Positions 15,741 through 24,426 of a stretch of DNA of 31,524 nt are shown piece by piece. Location: positions 1 to 31,524 of IMG/VR virus record IMGVR_UViG_3300031788_000074; one strand, 5' to 3'. Made by a program: the position numbers and the translations under genes. The notes beneath the pieces are model-generated. The model saw only the letters and a program-made list of their open reading frames with translations, was not told where the DNA came from and did no database searches. How positions within the stretch are numbered: the first letter of the stretch is position 1; each line of letters begins with the position of its first letter. This DNA comes from a virus (taxonomy: Duplodnaviria > Caudoviricetes).

Positions 15741-15809
15741 AGTGCTAAAGTTATCTCATAAGCGCTGAAGCCACGGCGAGCGCACCCAAACGAGGTGCGC
15801 TATTTTATT
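15724..15809 (+). promoter_or_regulatory. Late promoter/leader motif/terminator unit 1 (head operon)
   Basis: TTGACG-16-TAAAGT, 12 nt, GCTGAAGCCACGGCGAGC, hairpin AGCGCACC/GGTGCGCT, T-rich tail. Confidence 0.75.
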
Positions 15810-15822
15810 ACCCACAACACAC

Positions 15823-17649
15823 ATGAGCTTTCTGAAGGACATGAACAAATATACGCGCACGGTCACCATGCCGGGCGGGTATGGGCATAACCTCCCCGAT
15901 ACGATCCGCCAGATCGATCGCCACTGGGAGGGAAAGTTCAAAGGCGGAACGCAGGACTCGCAAGGAAAGTACAAATACTGGATGCACACATCGCGGCCAC
16001 TCTCGGAGATGGCCTCGAAGAACGTCGACGTGAACACCTCGATGATCAAGCTGATCGGCATACCGAAGCAAAGCGAGCTATCCACATGGGTGATGGAGCG
16101 CGAGCTTCGCCAATGGCTGACCGAGAACGACTTCGATAGCCTCCTGAACGATATCGTCGAGCAATACCCGAAATTCGGGCATGTGGTGATCAAGAAGCAT
16201 AAGCGCGTCGGCGAATCGATCGGCGTCTCGATCGTGCCGATAGAAAACCTCCGCATGGATCCGAGCAACAAGTGGCTCAAAGATTCCGGGTTCGTGGGCG
16301 AGCTTCACCGCATGAGCCGCGGCGAGATTCTCCGTCACAAGGAATGGGATAAGAACGAAGTGCAACGCCTCTTCAAGATCGGCAAGCAGGATTACGATAT
16401 TTATGAATACTACACAATGGAAGAAGAAGGCTATAAGCGCACGTGGTATGCCTGGGTGATCCGTCCGAACGCATCGAGCGGCGGCAGCACATTCGGCATC
16501 GAAGCGAACATCAACCAGCCGGACAACATGGCATTCCCTCCGATCAAGCTCTACAGCGACGAAGTGGATGAACTGCCATACCGGGAATTGAAATGGAGCA
16601 ACGTCGCTGGCAGGTGGCTCGGAGGCGGAGAGATGGAATACCTCGCCGACAATCAGCGTCATGACAATGAGACTGGCTACCTCGAGCTGAAAGGACTGTA
16701 TCTGAAGGCGCTCAAGATCTTCACGACCGACGACGACAGCCTCGGAGGGAACGTGATACGTGAAATGCAGATCGGGCAGCTCATCAAAACGCAGGGCGAC
16801 CTCAAGATGGTGCAAAGCGACAACACCGACCTCTCGGCATTCAGCCAGAACAACGCGCGGTGGGACAAAAACGCCTCCCAGAAGGCGTTCTCAAGCGATC
16901 CTGCGGGAATGGGCGGCAAGCCGAACAAACAGGCCATAGCGTGGCTCCAGTCGAACACAGCGAGCTACTACAAAAAGAAGCAGGAGAACCTCGGTATCTT
17001 CCTCCGTAAGCTCCTCATGAACGACATCCTCCCGAGCTTCAAGGACGACAAGAAGCGCAAGCACATGTTCACCTTCGTGGGATCGTATGCGGACATCGAT
17101 CAGTTCACGAAATTCATCGTCGAAGCGCAGGTGAATAATGCCGCGCTCGCGTACGTGAAAAAGACCGGGTTCATGCCGAGCCAAGATGAACGCGCGAAGG
17201 AATCCATGCGCATCGAGAAAGCGCTCCGCAACCGGAACAACCACGGCATGGAGATCCCGGCATCGTTCTACGAGAACCTCGTCGCGCGACTCGAGATCGT
17301 GATCACCGGCGAGAACAAAGACCTCCAAGGCATGACGCCGATCCTCCAGCAGTTCCTCACGCTCATTGCGCAAAATCCGGCAGTGCTTCAGAATAAAGCT
17401 ACGAGAGCGATCGCATTCAAGATCCTCGAGTTCAGCGGCATGCAACCGGCCGAACTCGATATGCTCGAGCAGCAAATGACCCAGCAGGCGAACTCTCCGC
17501 AGGCGCAGCAACCGCAAGGACCAGGCGCAGGCCAGCCAGATCCGAACGCTCCGATGAAGCCCGGCGCATCGATGCCTAAAATTGCGCCGCCGGGAGGCAA
17601 TAACGCCCCCGCTGCAGTCGGCGCCGGGCCAACCAGCAAACAACTATGA
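15823..17649 (+). CDS. Portal protein
   Basis: 608 aa directly downstream of TerL. FGHVVIKK, LPYRELKW...GRWLGGG and a Gln/Pro-rich C-terminal tail typical of P22-like portals. Confidence 0.85.
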   Translation: MSFLKDMNKYTRTVTMPGGYGHNLPDTIRQIDRHWEGKFKGGTQDSQGKYKYWMHTSRPLSEMASKNVDVNTSMIKLIGIPKQSELSTWVMERELRQWLTENDFDSLLNDIVEQYPKFGHVVIKKHKRVGESIGVSIVPIENLRMDPSNKWLKDSGFVGELHRMSRGEILRHKEWDKNEVQRLFKIGKQDYDIYEYYTMEEEGYKRTWYAWVIRPNASSGGSTFGIEANINQPDNMAFPPIKLYSDEVDELPYRELKWSNVAGRWLGGGEMEYLADNQRHDNETGYLELKGLYLKALKIFTTDDDSLGGNVIREMQIGQLIKTQGDLKMVQSDNTDLSAFSQNNARWDKNASQKAFSSDPAGMGGKPNKQAIAWLQSNTASYYKKKQENLGIFLRKLLMNDILPSFKDDKKRKHMFTFVGSYADIDQFTKFIVEAQVNNAALAYVKKTGFMPSQDERAKESMRIEKALRNRNNHGMEIPASFYENLVARLEIVITGENKDLQGMTPILQQFLTLIAQNPAVLQNKATRAIAFKILEFSGMQPAELDMLEQQMTQQANSPQAQQPQGPGAGQPDPNAPMKPGASMPKIAPPGGNNAPAAVGAGPTSKQL

Positions 17650-17891
17650 AACTAACCCCTCTCAATACACAGGTTCTGAACACCTATCGCGCGATGAAAG
17701 CCGCGCACCTAGAATACTGCGAGAAGGTGATCGCGGAGATCGGTGACCTCGAGCATCTCTCCAAGGAGGAGTTCGAAAGCGCAAAGATTGCCATTGTCGC
17801 AATACGGAAGTACTTCATCAACCCGGTCAAGCTCTCGGAGCGGGTCGAGCCGGGGCAGGAAGTAGGAAAAACACAGGAAGATTTCGGATAA
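17646..17891 (+). CDS. Hypothetical protein (post-portal)
   Basis: 81 aa, ATGA overlap. Confidence 0.7.
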   Translation: MKLTPLNTQVLNTYRAMKAAHLEYCEKVIAEIGDLEHLSKEEFESAKIAIVAIRKYFINPVKLSERVEPGQEVGKTQEDFG

Positions 17892-17903
17892 TAAAACATC
17901 ACT

Positions 17904-18191
17904 ATGGACGACAATTATAACTTCACCAATATCACGACCCAGACGACGACCATCGTATCGACGACCGGGTCGAAGCTGATCAAGGTCATCATCAATACCC
18001 CGCTCGCAAACGGCGTGGTGACGATCTACAACAATAAAGTCGGAAGCGGCGCAAAACTCGGGACGATTACGCAGGCCTCGGTCTTGACCGCAATCGGACC
18101 GAACGCAGTCGAGTATGGCGTCTCAATGCAGAATGGCATCACGATCGTGACCTCCGGCGCGAACCAGGACATCACCGTTGTGTGGAAATAG
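17904..18191 (+). CDS. Small beta-rich putative virion protein
   Basis: Thr/Val/Ile-rich, ending NGITIVTSGANQDITVVWK. Confidence 0.65.
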   Translation: MDDNYNFTNITTQTTTIVSTTGSKLIKVIINTPLANGVVTIYNNKVGSGAKLGTITQASVLTAIGPNAVEYGVSMQNGITIVTSGANQDITVVWK

Positions 18192-18214
18192 AAAAGTCTT
18201 AGAATAAAAATAAT

Positions 18215-18463
18215 ATGGCAAAACTACCAAGCGAATCTGATGCTGGATCCATGAAGGGATATAACCCGAATCTTGGACTGCCAAAAAATCAGGTTCCCAA
18301 TTCCGGCTACACGCCGAAGACAGGACCGGCCGCACCGAAGATGAAACCCGGTGCGTCTCCGATGAAGATCAATCCGCCCGGCCGCATGCGCCCAACGCCT
18401 ATGCAGAAGCCGGCTCGACGTCGATCGCCTCGTCCGCGATTGAATAAAAAAATGATCGCATAA
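18215..18463 (+). CDS. Basic Pro/Lys/Arg-rich disordered protein
   Basis: 82 aa, A-rich leader. Confidence 0.6.
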   Translation: MAKLPSESDAGSMKGYNPNLGLPKNQVPNSGYTPKTGPAAPKMKPGASPMKINPPGRMRPTPMQKPARRRSPRPRLNKKMIA

Positions 18464-18467
18464 GATC

Positions 18468-18722
18468 ATGGCAAAACACACACCGAAAGGATCCAAAGGA
18501 CAGACCGGAAAGCAGCTCACGAAAGTGCCGCATGCTCCCGGAACGCCCGGCGGAACAGAAGTGCGATCTGGGAAGTATCCTGCGAAGGGTGCGCCCAGAC
18601 GCAGGCTTGCAATGGTCAGCTTGAGAGCTGCGCCAGTGGATGCCCAGCAGAAGGGCAGCAAAAACATGAAGGCCGCAAAATCGGCGTTCAATCGGATGAA
18701 TAAAAAAGGTCGGAAATCCTAA
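18468..18722 (+). CDS. Basic Lys/Gly-rich disordered protein
   Basis: 84 aa with only two acidic residues. Confidence 0.6.
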   Translation: MAKHTPKGSKGQTGKQLTKVPHAPGTPGGTEVRSGKYPAKGAPRRRLAMVSLRAAPVDAQQKGSKNMKAAKSAFNRMNKKGRKS

Positions 18723-18735
18723 CACCATCAAAACC

Positions 18736-19038
18736 ATGGAAACAGCAGGATCAAAACAGGCAAAGAGAGCATTCAACAAGATGACCGGCAATGGACGCAC
18801 GAAGCCGGCAGGTGCGATCACCAAGGGGAAGACGTACCAAGCAGCCTCGAAGCTTACCGGTCACAAGGCGCCGGGCATCACGAAAGGATCTGGCAATCGG
18901 AAGGCCGCGCAAGCGACACGATCTGGTCGCCAAGGTGCTATGCCGGGAGTTCCCGCATCAACCACGACCGGAGGCGGCCGTAAGATGCATTCGCAAGGAC
19001 CGAAAGGTGCAGTGAAGCGCAAAGTCAATCGAATATAA
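18736..19038 (+). CDS. Basic Lys/Gly/Ala-rich disordered protein
   Basis: 100 aa with one acidic residue. Confidence 0.6.
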   Translation: METAGSKQAKRAFNKMTGNGRTKPAGAITKGKTYQAASKLTGHKAPGITKGSGNRKAAQATRSGRQGAMPGVPASTTTGGGRKMHSQGPKGAVKRKVNRI

Positions 19039-19064
19039 ACGGCAGGTCTGGCTCTCTGTACCAT

Positions 19065-19190
19065 GGGCGGAATAAAACCGGCCAAGGCGCTCATGGCACA
19101 GGGAGTCATCCCTGTGAGTCGAGGATCTCTTAAAACCTCCGTCGATCTTCGAACGTCGACGCTAAATCGAGTAACCATCTCTTAAAATGG
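19065..19190 (+). promoter_or_regulatory. Structured leader upstream of the scaffold gene
   Basis: Tandem hairpins. ATCTCTTAAAA is repeated at 19125 and 19177, and the second copy overlaps the ATG inside a CCAT/ATGG stem. Confidence 0.5.
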
Positions 19191-19768
19191 AGAACGAAAA
19201 AACCCCGAATGCCAACGGTAACAATGGCAGTGAGCCAAGCCTCGAAGATCTCATCAAACAAAATAACGAGGCCACCGACTTGGAAACGGTGAAAAAGCTG
19301 AATACGCAAATTTTCGCACGTCTCAAAAAGACGGAAGAAAAACCGAAGGACGATAAGGGTAACGAGCAGGTTCCGCAGAATGGTGACCACAAAGTCACGC
19401 CTCCGGCATCCAACTCGGAGGAAGCGCCAATCACTACGATGGAGCTGATCACCCTGCAAGGTGACGGCTATTCCAACGCAGAGATCATCAATATCGCCAA
19501 ACTGGCGAAGGAGATGAAACTGACGCCCGCAGCGCTGATGGCTAACCCCATCCTCAAAGCCGGCATCGAGGCGCAAAGAAAGCAGACCCGCGGTCGGGAC
19601 GGTACACCCCCCCCGAGCAGTCGCGTTGGTTCGATCTTGTCTAACGACGAGATTCCGGGCTACAGCGATGCGAAGACCCCTGCCGATCGGCAGAAAGCGG
19701 TCATCGATAATGCTCGATCTGTCTTCGAGAAGCGTGTTCAGGGAAAACAAGGGGGTAGCGAAGAATAA
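19187..19768 (+). CDS. Capsid scaffolding protein
   Basis: Charged helical/disordered 193 aa directly upstream of the capsid gene. QIFARLKKTE and TPPPSSR. Confidence 0.7.
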   Translation: MENEKTPNANGNNGSEPSLEDLIKQNNEATDLETVKKLNTQIFARLKKTEEKPKDDKGNEQVPQNGDHKVTPPASNSEEAPITTMELITLQGDGYSNAEIINIAKLAKEMKLTPAALMANPILKAGIEAQRKQTRGRDGTPPPSSRVGSILSNDEIPGYSDAKTPADRQKAVIDNARSVFEKRVQGKQGGSEE

Positions 19769-19788
19769 CCCATCTTTAACAACTTAAA

Positions 19789-20727
19789 ATGGCTAGTTTT
19801 TCCAGTCAGTTTACAGCAGCCAACCTCGCAGCTTCCATCCCGGAAATTTGGACCCCGATCGTACTCGAACAGATGTTCGCGTCGACCGTCGCATCCAACT
19901 TCTTCCTCGATTTGAGCGAGTACGCGACTGAAGGCGGCTCGACGTTCGACATTGCGAACCTCTACACCAACACGTTCTCGGTGCAGACGCAGTCGACGCA
20001 GGGCGCCCAGGTCACACTCGCGGATCCGGCACAGGTGAAGGTGCAGCTCGCGATCAACACGCACAACTACGTTGCCGCCCTCGCAGGCGACAAGGATATT
20101 GCCCAGCTCCAAAAGAGCTTCAATTTCAACGTAGAGTACGCGAATCAGATGAGAAAGACGACTATGAACGCCCTCGAGGTCTCCCTCTTTGGCCTCTGGT
20201 CCTCGCTCTCGACGAACTTGATCACGAACAGCGCCGCAGCCTTCACGGATCAGGAAGCCCGCCAGGCGATCGCCAACATCGAAGCCCAAAACCTCGACGA
20301 CACGGAGTTCGGGAACCTCGCGTTCTTCCTCCATCCGAACGTGTTTTGGAACCAGGCGGCGGCGATCACCAAGTATTACCAGGCCTATTCGTTGAATAGC
20401 CGGGACAATAGCTCCGTTGTGGAATCAGGCACGATCAATGGCAAACCCCATTCGAACGGCCTCCGCGGCGAGATCTATAACATCCCGATCTATGTCTCGA
20501 CGAACGTCGTGGATAACTTGGGAGGCTACCGTAACCTGTTGGCCCACAAAAACGCATTCGGCTTCGGCATTCAGACCCCAGGTGGTTCGAAAGTCCGCGT
20601 TCAGAGCGAGTATCTCCTTGAGAACCTCGGCCTCTTGATCGTGACTGACATCATCTTCGGTACGATCGTCGTCCGCGATCCGTTCGGTGTGGTCATTACA
20701 GTTTCCGATACCGCCACGGTCTCCTAG
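19789..20727 (+). CDS. Major capsid protein (HK97 fold, P22-coat-like)
   Basis: IPEIW N-terminus, FFLHP, GEIYNIPIYVSTN, LAHKNAFG and DIIFGTIVVR. Confidence 0.9.
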   Translation: MASFSSQFTAANLAASIPEIWTPIVLEQMFASTVASNFFLDLSEYATEGGSTFDIANLYTNTFSVQTQSTQGAQVTLADPAQVKVQLAINTHNYVAALAGDKDIAQLQKSFNFNVEYANQMRKTTMNALEVSLFGLWSSLSTNLITNSAAAFTDQEARQAIANIEAQNLDDTEFGNLAFFLHPNVFWNQAAAITKYYQAYSLNSRDNSSVVESGTINGKPHSNGLRGEIYNIPIYVSTNVVDNLGGYRNLLAHKNAFGFGIQTPGGSKVRVQSEYLLENLGLLIVTDIIFGTIVVRDPFGVVITVSDTATVS

Positions 20728-20744
20728 TGAGTCGTGACCCTATC

Positions 20745-20825
20745 TCTTGTGCGCCCTGCCACAGCAGTTTGTGGTGGTGGGGCGAGAGTTGCGCACACAA
20801 ACTCTCTCGCCTCGCATGCACAGGA
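20745..20825 (+). ncRNA. Three-way-junction RNA structure after the capsid stop
   Basis: 20745-53 pairs with 20817-25, 20756-64 with 20769-77, and 20778-88 with 20804-14, with several G-U pairs. Confidence 0.45.
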
Positions 20826-20852
20826 AAAACTAGCCATGGTACACTTAAAACA

Positions 20853-21275
20853 ATGAAATTCCAAAAGCTATATTGGTTCCGAAAGCCGGACGGCAACATC
20901 GTCCAGTTCACGGAAAAAGACGCATGGCAGCCCTATGCGCAATACGAACCTCGCTGGAAGCTCATGGGAGTATCCAATGGGCAGATCTATCGGGAGATGA
21001 CGAAGGTGCCGCGCAATGCGCTCGCCGTATTGATGGCGCAGCGGACCCAGCTCATCAACGCCAAACAGACGATCCCGGCGAAGCTCGAGCGCGACATCGA
21101 AAAGGCAAACTTGGTGTTCAATAAGGCCAATAACGATGCCCAGCGAGCCGAATACACGGCAGCAAAAGGTCACTTTGAACGGCCGCCCCGCAACACGAAA
21201 GTGTACATGGGCGATCCGGAGCTGATCGAGGAGATGCGCAACGGCGGCATCCGCTCGAAACTCTCCGTCGACTAG
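20853..21275 (+). CDS. Hypothetical protein
   Basis: Likely start ATG 20853 (MKFQKLYWFRKPDG). Confidence 0.7.
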   Translation: MKFQKLYWFRKPDGNIVQFTEKDAWQPYAQYEPRWKLMGVSNGQIYREMTKVPRNALAVLMAQRTQLINAKQTIPAKLERDIEKANLVFNKANNDAQRAEYTAAKGHFERPPRNTKVYMGDPELIEEMRNGGIRSKLSVD

Positions 21276-21276
21276 C

Positions 21277-21678
21277 ATGAAGGAGATGACGACAATGCCG
21301 AATATCGGCGGAGGTCTCGACCGCAAGGTCCGGGATCGGCTGATCTGCATCAACAACGAATGCTGGGACGTCGTATCGAAGAAGATCCGCACCGGCCTCA
21401 CGAAAGACACGACGGACTACTCGACGATCAACACGGCCATGGAGCTTCTTGAATCGCGCAGCACTCCCGAAGACAAAAAAGCGGTGTTGCGTCAGCTCAT
21501 CGTGGGCGGGAAAATGACCCCGCAGAAAGCGTCCGAGGTCAATGAGCTATTCGAGCGCGAACTGTCGCTCTGCATGGATACCAAGATCCAAATAGCGATC
21601 AGAAAAGGACTCTTGCCGGCGCCGAGCAAGAACGATCCGATGATGGCACGAATGAACCGGCGCATACCGAAAAAATGA
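21277..21678 (+). CDS. Hypothetical protein
   Basis: 133 aa, packed in the operon. Confidence 0.7.
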   Translation: MKEMTTMPNIGGGLDRKVRDRLICINNECWDVVSKKIRTGLTKDTTDYSTINTAMELLESRSTPEDKKAVLRQLIVGGKMTPQKASEVNELFERELSLCMDTKIQIAIRKGLLPAPSKNDPMMARMNRRIPKK

Positions 21679-21950
21679 CGATCAAACCATTGCGCAACAA
21701 CCTATTCGTCGAACCTCTTGCGGTCGAAAACAAGAGCAAGTCCGGGATCATCATCACCGGCGCGGACGAACCGAGCGGCACGAAAGGAACGGTGAAGTAT
21801 GCCGGGCCTCTCTGCATTGCCGTGAGTGTTGGCGACGTGGTATATTATAAAAAATATGCACCCGAGGAGATCGAGCTTGAAGGCGTGACATACGGCGTGA
21901 TCTCCGAAGATGATGTAATGGCAATCATTCCACAAAATCATGAAGGATAA
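21675..21950 (+). CDS. groES: Co-chaperonin GroES
   Basis: IKPLRNNLFVE, SKSGIII mobile loop, GTVKYAGP, VGDVVYYKKY and ISEDDVMAII. Confidence 0.92.
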   Translation: MTIKPLRNNLFVEPLAVENKSKSGIIITGADEPSGTKGTVKYAGPLCIAVSVGDVVYYKKYAPEEIELEGVTYGVISEDDVMAIIPQNHEG

Positions 21951-22341
21951 AAATAATTTCTACGTGAAGAATCCCCACGGCACAGTGGTCGTGGTGGGAG
22001 AGAGCGAACTCGTGGGCATCAAGCGGAATATCGAAGCCGGCCTGAACTTCGAGATCCTCGGCCCGGTGGCCGCGCAGGAAGGCGAATCCGGAGTGGGAGT
22101 CGAACTACCGGAAAATCAAGACAAGAACCCACTCGAATGCCTAACATGCGGCCACGTGGCGGAAAGCCCGGAATCGCTGACGGAACATCTGATGGAGCAT
22201 CTCCCCGAGTCCGAAAGGTCCTCTACATCGGCAACTTCTTCGCCGACTACCTCACCGAAACCCACCTCTCGAAAAGCCTCGAAGAACTCGGCATCGAAGT
22301 CGTCAGGATCAGCGAAAAAAACTGTAGCGAAAAAGCGATAA
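21940..22341 (+). CDS. C2H2 zinc-finger protein (C-terminal ~40 aa probably a shadow of the next gene)
   Basis: CLTCGHVAESPESLTEHLMEH. Confidence 0.6.
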   Translation: MKDKNNFYVKNPHGTVVVVGESELVGIKRNIEAGLNFEILGPVAAQEGESGVGVELPENQDKNPLECLTCGHVAESPESLTEHLMEHLPESERSSTSATSSPTTSPKPTSRKASKNSASKSSGSAKKTVAKKR

Positions 22342-23150
22342 GAGATGCTGCTGTCGGATGCGATACGGTCTTCTACCAGCGAACATTCGGCATGCCGTTC
22401 GACTTTACCAAGCTGGGCATCCGATCAGTTTCTTACACTCTTGACCTCTATCTCGGGCTTAACCGTGCCATGGGAATGGCAAATAATCCATTTTGGCGGG
22501 CAGACTACGTATTTACTGTCGACGGAGGCCACGATGATATCTTCGAAGCTCGTGGGATCAGGCATCACTATCTTCCTGCAGCGGTATACGGGGCTGAATG
22601 TGGAATGGGTACCGCCAAAGAGGAATACGCATGTGATGTGGCGTTTGTCGGAACCTATCACTACCTGAAGGAATGGCCGTACCGGCGCAAGCTGGTGGAC
22701 TTCCTCAAGAAGACCTATGGCGACCGCTTCAAACTGTTCGGCGACGTGATTGGCAACGAGGATCCGGGCCACAAGATCATGGTGTTCGGAAAAGACCTGA
22801 ATGACGTCTACGCATCGGCAAAGGTGGTGGTCTGCGACAGCCTGAACAGCCGCGAGTACTGGAGCAACCGGGTGTACGAAACGATCGGGCGCGGCGGGTT
22901 CGCCATCCATCCGAAAGTGGTAGGACTCGAGAAAGAGTTCGAATATGGCAAGCATCTCGTGCCATACGATTACGGAGACTTCGAAGGGCTGAAGCGCAAG
23001 ATCGATTACTATCTCGCGCACCCGACGGAGCGAGAACGGATCCGCGCGGCAGGCATGGAGTACGTCTCGAAGCACAAGACCTTCGTGAACCGGGCAGAGC
23101 AGATCCTCAAGGTCATCGCGGGCAAAAAAATTGATCCATACAAAACATGA
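22137..23150 (+). CDS. GT-B glycosyltransferase (CgeB/Glyco_trans_1_2-like)
   Basis: KVLYIGNF, DVAFVG, YWSNRVYETIGRGGF and IDYYLAHPTERERIRAAG...HKTFVNR. Start uncertain. Confidence 0.9.
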   Translation: MPNMRPRGGKPGIADGTSDGASPRVRKVLYIGNFFADYLTETHLSKSLEELGIEVVRISEKNCSEKAIRDAAVGCDTVFYQRTFGMPFDFTKLGIRSVSYTLDLYLGLNRAMGMANNPFWRADYVFTVDGGHDDIFEARGIRHHYLPAAVYGAECGMGTAKEEYACDVAFVGTYHYLKEWPYRRKLVDFLKKTYGDRFKLFGDVIGNEDPGHKIMVFGKDLNDVYASAKVVVCDSLNSREYWSNRVYETIGRGGFAIHPKVVGLEKEFEYGKHLVPYDYGDFEGLKRKIDYYLAHPTERERIRAAGMEYVSKHKTFVNRAEQILKVIAGKKIDPYKT

Positions 23151-23770
23151 TCCTCGATATCCAAGACGACAAAGAGCAAGGCATCTATGACGAGATATGG
23201 GTGGATAAAGTCTACGGCGAACAGCCGGAGCCGGGCCAGATTGTCCTCGATATCGGGGCAAACATCGGCTACTTCACGCTCTATGCCCTCCAGGCGAGCG
23301 CGAAAGTGTACGCATTCGAACCCGAGCCGCACAACTACGACCGGCTGGTGGCGCAGGTCAAAGCCAATGACTTCATATTCGCAAGCGGTTCGGCATTCAA
23401 GATGGCCGTAGCGGGAGATGAGGGCGGCCGCACTCTCTACCTCAACCCGGTGAATATCGGAGGCCATAGGATCGTGGGAGATATTGGCGCCGGCAAGATC
23501 AAGGTGGCAAGCATCACCCTCGACGAGATCTGTAAGGACCTGGACCGCATCGATATGATCAAGATGGACTGCGAAGGCGCAGAGCATGAGATATTCGAAG
23601 CCGCCTCACCCGAGACGATGGCGAAAATCCAAAAGATCGTGATGGAGTTCCACCCGGTGAAGCCGCTCGAGGGATTCCTCGATATCCTGCGGCCATATTT
23701 TGATATTCAGCTGAAGCAAAACAAGTGGGACTCGTCGCTCCCTTACATCTGGGCAACCAAAAAGCAATGA
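23147..23770 (+). CDS. FkbM-family SAM-dependent methyltransferase
   Basis: VLDIGANIG, AFEPEP, IKMDCEGAE and MEFH. Confidence 0.92.
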   Translation: MILDIQDDKEQGIYDEIWVDKVYGEQPEPGQIVLDIGANIGYFTLYALQASAKVYAFEPEPHNYDRLVAQVKANDFIFASGSAFKMAVAGDEGGRTLYLNPVNIGGHRIVGDIGAGKIKVASITLDEICKDLDRIDMIKMDCEGAEHEIFEAASPETMAKIQKIVMEFHPVKPLEGFLDILRPYFDIQLKQNKWDSSLPYIWATKKQ

Positions 23771-24426
23771 AAGAAAAATATCGACATGACGCATTCGATC
23801 TGAAGTGGCTCGTTCGAAACTCGACCGACGAGGCGATCATCCAAGAGGTGTGCGCACAGAAGGTCTATGGCGACACGATCAAGCCGGGCGACAAGGTGAT
23901 CGACATCGGGGCGCAACTCGGGAGCTTTACGGTGTTCGCGGCATCAAAAGGGGCTTCTGTGAGGTCTTTTGAGCCGGATCCCGACAACTACGCCACTATG
24001 CTCGAAAACATCGCCCTGAACGATTTCCAGGCCACTGTGACCCCCTATAACGACGCCGTCTGGTCAAACCATGGCGAAATTACCCTCTATGACAGCTGTT
24101 CGGAGAATTTGGGCGCCCATTCGGCCATATTCGCCCGCGACGCAAACGCATCCGTGAAGGTCCCGGCGATCACGCTCGACGAGGCGATGGAAGGCTGGGA
24201 CGAGGTGGACTTCCTGAAGATGGACTGCGAAGGTAGCGAGTTCGAGATCATGAAAAGCGATCGCGTGAAAGACATCAAAGCATTTTCGATGGAAGTGCAT
24301 GGCTTCGTCACGAACATCGAGGACTATATGAAATTCCGGGACCGGCTTGCGCAGTGGTTCGATCTGCGCGAAGGGGTATGGCATGAGGTTATCTTCTACC
24401 TCCATGGAACGCGCAAAAACCAATAA
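23767..24426 (+). CDS. FkbM-family SAM-dependent methyltransferase (second copy)
   Basis: VIDIGAQLG, SFEPDP, LKMDCEGSE and MEVH. Start ATG 23767. Confidence 0.92.
   Translation: MKEKYRHDAFDLKWLVRNSTDEAIIQEVCAQKVYGDTIKPGDKVIDIGAQLGSFTVFAASKGASVRSFEPDPDNYATMLENIALNDFQATVTPYNDAVWSNHGEITLYDSCSENLGAHSAIFARDANASVKVPAITLDEAMEGWDEVDFLKMDCEGSEFEIMKSDRVKDIKAFSMEVHGFVTNIEDYMKFRDRLAQWFDLREGVWHEVIFYLHGTRKNQ

Noticed and set aside
20690-21275. T7 gp10B-like -1 frameshift extending the capsid into the ORF annotated at 20727
   Set aside because: The -1 frame is open, but there is no canonical slippery heptamer, the RNA structure starts too far downstream, the linker peptide is implausible, and ATG 20853 has a typical A-rich leader.
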